Assembly (NCBI GenBank): GCA_945900455.1 | Contig: CAMDJH010000001.1 | Coordinates: 453-64,452 of the forward strand | DNA length: 64,000 bases | Direction of reading: 5' to 3' | DNA from: Akkermansia muciniphila | GTDB taxonomy: Bacteria; Verrucomicrobiota; Verrucomicrobiia; Limisphaerales; UBA9464 | Shown here: piece after piece, positions 30,699 through 37,905 of the stretch | How the letters are laid out: each line of letters begins with the position of its first letter | Numbering within the stretch: the stretch's first letter is position 1 | Translations under genes and position numbers: made by a program | Notes under the pieces: generated by a model | Told to the model about the DNA's origin: nothing | Databases searched by the model: none | What the model saw: the letters and a program-made list of their open reading frames with translations, nothing else

Positions 30699-30784
30699 TG
30701 CCCACCGCGGTGAGGCGTGACGGGAAGAACGGTGTTCGAATCGAGGCGAATCGAGAGAGAGGTAATTCGCGTTTTAGATGACAA

Positions 30785-33700
30785 TTGCGGGAGTTGGATC
30801 GCTTGCTTGATCCACCCTGCGAAGTGTGGTCTTTTCTGCGCCTATCCCTCATGGACGGATTGCCTTCACCGTGTCGACGCTGCGGCGACCTCCTCGGAGT
30901 GCGCGATGACGGTGGCGTTTGTGCGCGCTGTCTGGCAAGGGCTGCCTTCGGTGCGTTCCCGGATTCCCAGGCTTTGACGCCGTCGATCGCCTCGCTTCCC
31001 AGACCGTTCGGCCCTTACGAACTGCTCGATGAAGTCGGACGTGGCGGCATGGGCATCGTGTACCGTGCTCGCCACGCCGCGATTAATCGGGAGGTGGCGA
31101 TCAAGGTGCTTCCGTCGCCCGCCCTTGCCGAACCCGCCCGGCTCGCCCGGTTCCAAATCGAAGCACGGGCCTCGGCGCGCCTTCGTCATCCGCACATCGT
31201 CACGTTGCACGATTTTGGCGAAATCGACGGACAGCCCTATCTCGTGATGGATCTCATTCCGGGTCGCAATCTGGCCGAGCTCACCCGCAGCGGACCGCTG
31301 GAGCCGCGTGCCGCCGCCCGGCATCTGGCTTCGGCCGCCCGCGCTGTCGCTCACGCCCACGCACAAGGAGTTCTTCATCGTGACCTCAAACCGGCCAATA
31401 TTCTCATCGATTCTGCGAATGAACCCCAGATTACCGATTTCGGTCTCGCCAAAGAAATGGACGCCACGGTGAGCTTGACCGGCAGCCGTGAGGTGTTCGG
31501 ATCTCCCGGCTATATGCCCCCTGAACAGGCGGATCCAAGCTTCGGGGAGGTGGGCTTCGCAAGTGATGTCTATTCACTCGGCGCAACCCTCTATCACTTG
31601 CTCACCGGTCGGGCCCCCTTCCTGGCGGCCACCCCGACCGCCACCCTTCACCAGGTTCTCCACGCTGAACCGGTCTCGCCCTGTCAGCTCAATCCCGCCG
31701 TACCCCTCGACTTGGAGACCGTCACTCTTAAGTGCCTCCAAAAGGAGCCCGCCCGACGCTATGCGACCGCCCACCAGTTCGCGGACGACTTGGAACGGTT
31801 TCTTCGTGATGAACCGGTGCAGGCTCGCCCCTCCGGGTGGACGGAACGGTCCTGGCGCTGGTGCCGACGTCGCCCGGTGATCGCGGGACTGAGCGCCGTC
31901 TCCTTGCTCTCCCTCATTGCCGTCGCTCTTACCGCTACCGTCGCCGCCTTCCGCATCAATCGACTCCGTCAATTGGAGGCCGACGGTCGGGAGTCCGCGG
32001 AGGCCAATCTCTACGCCGCCGACATGGTCGCCGTGCAACAGGCGTGGGATGAGCGCAACCTCGGTCGCGCTCGCCAACTCCTCGAGTCCCATCGACCCCG
32101 CCCCGGTGAAAAGGATCGACGGGGCTTTGAATGGCATCTGCTCCATCAGTGGGTCCGCGGCGATCCACACGAAGTCTTGCTCCAGGAAAATCAACCGTTT
32201 CTCGCCATGGCGCTCGCCGCCGACGAAAGACGAGTTTCCCTCGTCACTCCGACGGAGCTGATCGCTTATGATCTGCCGGGGAGACGGGTCCTCCGACGGT
32301 GGCCGCTTCCCGAGCGGAAGGAGGCGCGGAAGACGTCCATCAGCCAGGGGAACCGCTGGATCGCCACGACTGAAACCAATGGGCTATGGCTGCACAATGT
32401 GGAAACTGGGGAGCGCGTCATCTTGCCAACCGGCCCTTGCGATACCGTCGCGTTCGCGTCTGGCGCGGAGGTAGTCGCCGTCTGCGATGCGTTGCACTCC
32501 TACCGGTATGATCAATCGACGGCGATCGAAGTCTGGGACGTTGCCAAACGCGAACGAATCGCCGGTTTGCCGGACTACGGCGGACCCGCGTTGCATCTCG
32601 ATCCAACCGGGAAAATCCTGCGCGCCGTCGGTCAGGACGCCACCTTCTTGACATGGCATCTGCCATCCGGGCGACCGCGGATTGTGCAATATGGAGATGA
32701 TTGGAACGATACGGCGGCTTTTTCCCAAAGCGGACAATTGGCGATCCGATCCGATGCGGCGGGCAATGTGCAATTGATTGACACCCGTGACGCCTCGGTG
32801 GAATGGGTGCGATCCAATGCCGCGCCGCGCGGTGTGGCCGTGTCCGTGGAGGGCGACCGATTCGAAGCCGCCTCACTCGCCTGTTCGGCGAATGGTCAAT
32901 TGATCGAATTTCGCTGTCGGGACAACGCTGGGTTGACCGGCACGCTCGCGGGACACACGGCATGGGTGCCGGCGTGTCACTTATATGCTTCGAATCAGTA
33001 CGTCCTATCGGCTGGGGCGGACGGCTTATTCGCGAGTTGGTCAACGGCCGCTCGACCTACGGAAATACTGGTAACGAATGAATTGAGGAATGTCGGCGGA
33101 CATCGGCCGCAATTCTCGCGATCTGGAAATTGGGCGGCGATGACCGTCAGCAATGTTCGCGGCGACGATCCTGGGTCGACGGCTGTGTTCGATGCCAAGT
33201 CCTGGAAAAAGAGTGCTGTGCTGCCGGGGGGAGTCGTCGGATTCCTGGGTGCGTCCGACGACCTTGTACTGTGGCAGCCAAAGAAGGGTCTTGGGATCTA
33301 TCATCTTCCGGATTGCTCGAAAACCGACAGTGCAATTGGTAGGGATGCGGTGGATGTGGCGTTTATTCACCTGTCGGACGACACAAGCAGGATTGGGCTT
33401 CACGGCCATGACGAAAATCTGGTAGTGCACGAGTTCCCTTCCGGGCGAGCCATCGCGACGAATGAGTTGCGGTGTTGGTGGTATAGTTTTGTGCCGAACT
33501 CGCGGTCGTTAATTATTTGCACTCCAACGGAGATCGTCGAATGGAATCCCGACTCGAATAAAAGCACGCCATTGTTGACTGTCTTTTCTGAGGAAGTTGC
33601 CTTCTCTCCCGATGGGTCACTACTCGCCGTCGGGGGTTGGGATCACAAAATTTATCTGATTGATTATCCCAGCAAGAGGCTGCTGTGCACTCTAGTCGGC

Positions 33701-33922
33701 CATCAAGGCGGGGTTACAGGTCTCGCGATTACACGGGACAAGTTGACGTTGGTGTCTTCCGGTGAAGATAAAGCTATACGGTTTTGGAATCTGAAAACGC
33801 GCAGAGAAGTTGCGAAGCTCATTCTCGATCATCCGGCCTATTGGCTAACGTTCTCTCCTTCTGGGAGAGATCTTATCGTGGGTGAGTTTACTTTTTATCG
33901 AGTGCTCTCTCCACCTGACTAA
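30785..33922 (+). CDS. Ser/Thr protein kinase with a TM segment and a C-terminal WD40/beta-propeller region
   Basis: Kinase motifs are VGRGGMGIVYRA...AIKVL, HRDLKPANILI, DFGLAK and GSPGYMPPE. The TM segment is VIAGLSAVSLLSLIAVALTATVAAF. A WD40 repeat is GHQGGVTGLAITRDKLTLVSSGEDKAIRFWNL. An alternative start is at 30851. Confidence 0.85.
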   Translation: MRELDRLLDPPCEVWSFLRLSLMDGLPSPCRRCGDLLGVRDDGGVCARCLARAAFGAFPDSQALTPSIASLPRPFGPYELLDEVGRGGMGIVYRARHAAINREVAIKVLPSPALAEPARLARFQIEARASARLRHPHIVTLHDFGEIDGQPYLVMDLIPGRNLAELTRSGPLEPRAAARHLASAARAVAHAHAQGVLHRDLKPANILIDSANEPQITDFGLAKEMDATVSLTGSREVFGSPGYMPPEQADPSFGEVGFASDVYSLGATLYHLLTGRAPFLAATPTATLHQVLHAEPVSPCQLNPAVPLDLETVTLKCLQKEPARRYATAHQFADDLERFLRDEPVQARPSGWTERSWRWCRRRPVIAGLSAVSLLSLIAVALTATVAAFRINRLRQLEADGRESAEANLYAADMVAVQQAWDERNLGRARQLLESHRPRPGEKDRRGFEWHLLHQWVRGDPHEVLLQENQPFLAMALAADERRVSLVTPTELIAYDLPGRRVLRRWPLPERKEARKTSISQGNRWIATTETNGLWLHNVETGERVILPTGPCDTVAFASGAEVVAVCDALHSYRYDQSTAIEVWDVAKRERIAGLPDYGGPALHLDPTGKILRAVGQDATFLTWHLPSGRPRIVQYGDDWNDTAAFSQSGQLAIRSDAAGNVQLIDTRDASVEWVRSNAAPRGVAVSVEGDRFEAASLACSANGQLIEFRCRDNAGLTGTLAGHTAWVPACHLYASNQYVLSAGADGLFASWSTAARPTEILVTNELRNVGGHRPQFSRSGNWAAMTVSNVRGDDPGSTAVFDAKSWKKSAVLPGGVVGFLGASDDLVLWQPKKGLGIYHLPDCSKTDSAIGRDAVDVAFIHLSDDTSRIGLHGHDENLVVHEFPSGRAIATNELRCWWYSFVPNSRSLIICTPTEIVEWNPDSNKSTPLLTVFSEEVAFSPDGSLLAVGGWDHKIYLIDYPSKRLLCTLVGHQGGVTGLAITRDKLTLVSSGEDKAIRFWNLKTRREVAKLILDHPAYWLTFSPSGRDLIVGEFTFYRVLSPPD

Positions 33923-33928
33923 CTCTGA

Positions 33929-34099
33929 CTAGTTCTTAATGCGCTGCTTGTTTCCACCCTTCACCTTTGCTCCCGTTTTCCCGCTGGCGGGTGCTTTGCT
34001 CGCTGGCGTTGATTTCTTGGTTTTTGCGGATTTGGCGGCGGCGGTTGATTTTCCAGCGGTAGCAGCTTTCGTTGGTTTCGTATTCTTTTTTGGGGGCAT
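33929..34099 (-). CDS. Small Lys/Ala-rich basic protein (histone H1-like composition), 56 aa
   Basis: It falls below the ORF-track size cutoff. I translated it by hand as MPPKKNTKPTKAATAGKSTAAAKSAKTKKSTPASKAPASGKTGAKVKGGNKQRIKN*. AAAGGAAAC lies 8 nt upstream of the ATG. It is convergent with the kinase gene. Confidence 0.5.
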   Translation of the reverse strand: MPPKKNTKPTKAATAGKSTAAAKSAKTKKSTPASKAPASGKTGAKVKGGNKQRIKN

Positions 34100-34479
34100 G
34101 GTGATGTTTCCTTTTTGTTGGTGAGTTGAGCGATTCGAGAGCCGGTGATTTAGGCGTGAGAATAGCCTGCATTTAGAAATTTGGAAGCTCTTTGAATCCG
34201 TCCCATTTTGACCGGGAATTTCCCAAAGGTGTGATTGAATGGGACATCGGGATCATCGCTAACTTCGGGATGTGCCCCAGCGGCATGTATGACAAAATCT
34301 TCGCGAGTTCCAGAATCACCCACCTTACTGCTGCAAACGGGTCGATGCCTTGATCGGGCGCTTCCCGATCGGAACCACGCGGTAGGTTTTGCACGGGTGT
34401 CAGACAAGAATCGGATAGAGTTCGAAAACTGGCCGTTTTTTGTCACCTGGGTTATGGAGAGACAATCGGCATTTTCCAA

Positions 34480-34645
34480 AGCCGCGGAGCGGCGCCAGAC
34501 CGTAGCCCACGGCGCGAGCCGTGGGGATGACGTTCGAACAAGACGTAAGCCCCGTCCGGGGCGAAAGTGCTAGGGGACAACGCGCCGGGGTGTGGTGATA
34601 TTCTCGGTCGCCCCCTCCGGGGTTGAATGGCTTTGCCTATGGAGT
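34480..34645. repeat. GC-rich hairpin-bearing repeat unit
   Basis: It contains CCCACGGC-GCGA-GCCGTGGG (an 8-bp perfect stem with a GNRA-like loop) and GCCCC-GTCC-GGGGC. Its translations (VAHGASRG, SPVRGE, VAPSGV) are those I associate with dispersed PVC/Acidobacteria intergenic repeats. Confidence 0.5.
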
Positions 34646-34650
34646 TTGGT

Positions 34651-34771
34651 AATTCGTGGCGACATCCACGGCCCAACGGGCCGTAAGATTCAGCCCAGGA
34701 CTGAGGCACCGTGGCCGATGCCCTGGGAATCTTCGAACCCAACGATCGACACCCTGAAGGGGGCGCGCGAG
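34651..34771 (+). repeat. ~120-bp repeat unit, copy A (forward)
   Basis: AATTCGTGGCGACATCCACGGCCCAACGGGCCGTAAGAT...GGCCGATGCCCTGGGAATCTTCGAACCC...CCCTGAAGGGGGCGCGCGAG matches the reverse complement of 35191-35310 at roughly 85-90% identity by eye. Confidence 0.8.
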
Positions 34772-34842
34772 GCGTCTCTCTCTTCGCTGGAGACCACGCC
34801 ATTTACTATGTGAATAGATGAACGATTCAACTGCGCACTCAC

Positions 34843-34975
34843 CTCCCAAATCCGCGGATAAAGGAGAGGAGAACCGCGGATGAACACGGATTGACGCGGA
34901 TAGCAAGGGCATGGAATCTGCGTCTATCGGCGTTTATCCGTGGTTCTCATTTTCAGATTCCTATCCGCGGATCAG
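34843..34975. repeat. Repeat element with a CCGCGGAT motif cluster
   Basis: The perfect palindrome ATCCGCGGAT occurs at 34850-34859 and at 34964-34973. Three phased decamers are present at 34876-34905 (GCGGATGAAC ACGGATTGAC GCGGATAGCA). Confidence 0.6.
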
Positions 34976-34980
34976 GGCAC

Positions 34981-35100
34981 CTCTCTCGCTCCTTTCAGGG
35001 CGCACTCGTGTCCTGCAATGGACCCAGGGCTGAGGCCATCCGGCCGATGCCCTGGGTACGCTCCGCCCGTATATCCGGCGCCCTGAATGGGCGCGAGAAC
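34981..35100. repeat. ~118-bp palindromic member of the same family as copies A and C
   Basis: Its termini, CTCTCGCTCCTTTCAGGGCGC and GCGCCCTGAATGGGCGCGAGAA, are inverted repeats. The interior (CCCAGGGCTGAGGCCATCCGGCCGATGCCCTGGG) aligns with copy A. Confidence 0.7.
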
Positions 35101-35190
35101 CCAAAATATATAGGCCATTGCAACGTAGGCCCGATGGGCATATATCCTAGCACAACATCGAATCCGATTGACGGCACGTGTGGGATCGAG

Positions 35191-35310
35191 CCTCTCGCTC
35201 CCCTTCAGGGCGCCGATCGCTGGGTTCGACGATTCCCAGGGCATCGGCCAAGGGGCCTCAGCTGGGCTGGATCTTACGGCCCGTTGGGCCGTGAATGTCG
35301 CCACGAATGG
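35191..35310 (-). repeat. ~120-bp repeat unit, copy C (inverted relative to copy A)
   Basis: See copy A. CTCTCGCTCCCCTTCAGGGCGCCGATCGCTGGGTTCGACGATTCCCAGGGCATCGGCC...ATCTTACGGCCCGTTGGGCCGTGAATGTCGCCACGAATGG. Confidence 0.8.
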
Positions 35311-35851
35311 CCAAACTCCAGGGTTCGTCGCAGCGCGACGAACCCTAGAAACTTCTTGGCAACGATGAGGAAGCAGCCTATCCAGACCTGCGTTCTTTGA
35401 CCGTTCCGATTCTCTGTCGTGTGACAGCGATCGGGACAACATCACTAAAACACCAGCGGAATGCGGGAACCCCGTGTGAATCGGGGACGGTTGCGCCACT
35501 GTATCGGGTGACAAACCCCCAAGTCGTTAAGACGGCCACTGCGAGGCGAAAGCCTTGTGGGAAGGCGGGGGAGAGGTTCGAAGCCCGTAGTCAGGATATC
35601 GCGCCGCAGGTGCTCGTCGGTCCCGAACGATCGGGGCACTTCGCCGTCAAGCGAAGGATGAGGCCGGGCCATCCCGCCCGTTTTGCGGGGTGGAACCTGT
35701 GGAATATGTTCCGCGGAGGAATCCCCTCCGTATTGCCTTCATTCTCCAAGTTGCGGGGTTGAAGGCTTTTTGCTTTTCAGCGCCGCACTGGTCTCACAGT
35801 AAAAAACAACCTCGAGGAGGGTCATGCCTCGAGGCCAGAACTGTAGACCGG

Positions 35852-36733
35852 ATGCCAATTCGAATTACGATCCGCGGCAAAGCCCTCCTGGCTCTGGCCG
35901 CAATCAACGCAGCCTTCATTGCCTCGTCCGCCCTCGGCCAGTCGGCATCGAGTGTGATCGAGTATCAGTCCGGAGTCGATTTCGCCATCGAGTTCAGTTC
36001 CGGCGCCGGATACACCAATCCCGCCGCTGCGCTCGGCTTGCCGAGCCGAGAAACCCCTGGACCCTTCGGCGGACCCATTGATCCGTTCAGTCCTCCTTAT
36101 CTGTCGTCGCAGTTGTTGTCCGTCGGCACCGGCGGAATGCTCACCGTCCGACTGGATCAACCCCTGCGTGACGACCCCGGCCACCCGTTTGGGATCGACT
36201 TCTCGATCTTCGGCGGTGCGGGCTTCATCATCACGAACGGAGATTATTCCGGCGGCGGACGTACGGATGGATCGTTGTTTGGAGGCGGTGACGGTCGCAC
36301 CCGTGTTTCGGTGAGTTCGGACGGATTTCAATTCTACATCCTGAACTCGTTGCTCGCCCCCGACGTGGAGAATTTGTTTCCGACCGATGGGGCAGGGAGG
36401 TTTGACAAGCCGGTCAACCCCGGATTGAAGGGGGCGGACTTCAACGGTCAGGATATTGCGGGTATTCGGAGCCACTATGACGGAAGTGCGGGCGGCACCG
36501 GATATGACCTAGCGTGGGCGCTGGATGGGGAGGGCAAGAGTGTGCGTCTGGGAGACGTGTCGTATATACGATTGGAGGTGACGTCGGGGCATGTCGAAGT
36601 GGATGGGTTGGTGGGGGTCGCCGCCGTACCGGAACCTTCTGTTTGGGGCCTGCTGATTGCGGGGTGCGGAGGTGTTATTGGGGCGACCCGTCGGTGGGGT
36701 CGACTGGGTCGTCCGCAGGAAGTCTCGCCATGA
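35852..36733 (+). CDS. PEP-CTERM sorting-domain protein
   Basis: It has a signal peptide (MPIRITIRGKALLALAAINAAFIASSALG). The C-terminus VPEPSVWGLLIAGCGGVIGATRRWGR gives a PEP motif, a TM helix and a basic cluster. The start was moved from 35690. Confidence 0.75.
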   Translation: MPIRITIRGKALLALAAINAAFIASSALGQSASSVIEYQSGVDFAIEFSSGAGYTNPAAALGLPSRETPGPFGGPIDPFSPPYLSSQLLSVGTGGMLTVRLDQPLRDDPGHPFGIDFSIFGGAGFIITNGDYSGGGRTDGSLFGGGDGRTRVSVSSDGFQFYILNSLLAPDVENLFPTDGAGRFDKPVNPGLKGADFNGQDIAGIRSHYDGSAGGTGYDLAWALDGEGKSVRLGDVSYIRLEVTSGHVEVDGLVGVAAVPEPSVWGLLIAGCGGVIGATRRWGRLGRPQEVSP

Positions 36734-36865
36734 ATCGACTTCCTGGGAGCGCTGGCATCCTGCCGGCGAGCCAGCAGAGAGGACGAAGATTCGCCGGCAA
36801 GATGCCGGCGCTCCCGGGTTCATGGTCTTTATTCATGTCCATTCTTTGGAAAACTTTCCTTGCCA
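36728..36865 (+). repeat. ~135-bp long-hairpin repeat, copy 1
   Basis: CCATGAATCGAC..GGGAGCGCTGGCATCCTGCCGGCGAG...TTCGCCGGCAAGATGCCGGCGCTCCCGGGTTCATGG followed by the tail GTCCATTCTTTGGAAAACTTTCC. It is ~85-90% identical to 62351-62487, and its arms pair over ~33 bp. Confidence 0.85.
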
Positions 36866-37905
36866 TGAAACGTCCAGCCGGGGCTCGTGATTTATTCCGC
36901 CGGAGCATCCATCCGGTCTTGCTCGATGGTGGCGGACGTTGCGGTCTTTACGCATGCCTGTGTTTGGCGTGGATGTTGATTGCCGCCAGTCCTTCGGGCG
37001 GAGCCATCTTTGAGGATTTTTCAACCGATCCCTTTGCCCACGGATGGCAGCGATTGGGTGAGGCGGACCTGTTCGGGTGGGATGCGGTCGGTGAACGGCT
37101 GCGGGTGACTTGGGATTCGAGCCGATCGAACAGCGCTTGTATCATTCCCCTGAGCACCCGCCTGGCTCGAACCGATGACTTTGAGTTCTCGGTCGATCTC
37201 ACCCTGGAGGATGTCGCCATTGGGCCGAATCCCGATCAGCCTTATACATTTCAGCTCGCCGTAGGCTGGATCTCGGTGGCGGATTTCGTCGGCACCGGAT
37301 TCCGCCGAGGGACTGGGCACGAGGCGTGGAATGTGGTGGAGTTCGACTATTTTCCTGACTCGGGCTTCGGACCGACGATATCGCCGGTGGCGCTGTCCAC
37401 GAACCGTCAATGGTTTTGGCAGCCGATGACGATCGGAGTGACGCTGGAGACGAATCGGACCTATCGGATCCAGATGGCCTTTGATGGGCTGAACCAGGAG
37501 ATTCGCACCTCATTGGCGGTCGACGGTTTGCCGGGGCTCGACGTGAAGACGGTGCGGGCGCCAGCCGGATTTACCGATTTCCGGCTCGATGCCTTTGGGA
37601 TAATGAGTTACTCCGATACGGGTGCCGATGGTTCTATTCGGGCGCGCGGCGTGCTGGACAATCTTGCATTGCATTATCCCGAATCACCCCGGCCGATCTT
37701 GCACTGGGCCTCCGGTATGGCGGGATCCGTCTTGCGATGTGAGGGACGCAAAGGCTGGACTTTCCGCCTTCTGCGATCGGGAGATCTGCGGAACTGGGAG
37801 GTGTCCGAAACCGTTGCAGGCGCGGACGCTGGAGTGGAATGGCGAAACCTTGAAAGGGCGGGGGAGAGCGTCGAGTTTTTTCGAGTGGAGACATTTCGGC
37901 CATGA
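36865..37905 (+). CDS. Secreted hypothetical protein with a C-terminal S-x-DL-x-x-W ... FFRV module
   Basis: The start was moved to MKRPAGAR, past the repeat-derived N-terminus of ORF 36514. It has a hydrophobic signal-like segment (LYACLCLAWMLIAASPSGG). The C-terminus is GWTFRLLRSGDLRNWEV...VEFFRVETFRP. Confidence 0.55.
   Translation: MKRPAGARDLFRRSIHPVLLDGGGRCGLYACLCLAWMLIAASPSGGAIFEDFSTDPFAHGWQRLGEADLFGWDAVGERLRVTWDSSRSNSACIIPLSTRLARTDDFEFSVDLTLEDVAIGPNPDQPYTFQLAVGWISVADFVGTGFRRGTGHEAWNVVEFDYFPDSGFGPTISPVALSTNRQWFWQPMTIGVTLETNRTYRIQMAFDGLNQEIRTSLAVDGLPGLDVKTVRAPAGFTDFRLDAFGIMSYSDTGADGSIRARGVLDNLALHYPESPRPILHWASGMAGSVLRCEGRKGWTFRLLRSGDLRNWEVSETVAGADAGVEWRNLERAGESVEFFRVETFRP

Noticed and set aside
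34150-35514. Several 60-180-aa ORFs in the repeat tract (34150-34479, 34235-34573, 34452-34802, 34891-35400, 34972-35514)
   Set aside because: They mutually overlap on both strands, are composed of repeat-unit translations (PFQG, SPGLRHRGRCPGN, FIRGS types), and have no start context or known domains. One stop-bounded frame (~34180-34350, ...LNPSHFDREFPKGVIEWDIGIIANFGMCPSGMYDKIF...) looks slightly protein-like but has no Met and no recognisable family, so I left it uncalled.
35700-35851. A sigma-54 (-24/-12) promoter upstream of the PEP-CTERM gene or other genes near the NtrC-type regulator
   Set aside because: The TGGCAC occurrences I found (for example 26045, 27190, 47513, 49633) are not followed by TTGC at the correct spacing. 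The GG/GC pair upstream of 35852 also has the wrong spacing.
36514-36864. The N-terminal 117 codons of ORF 36514-37905 (and the analogous ORF 62353-62922) starting MNRL.GSA.ILPAS...GKMPALPGSW
   Set aside because: This peptide is the translation of the ~135-bp hairpin repeat found at both loci. ORF 36514 also overlaps the 3' end of the PEP-CTERM gene. The true start was set at 36865, and ORF 62353 is antisense to the ParC-like gene.
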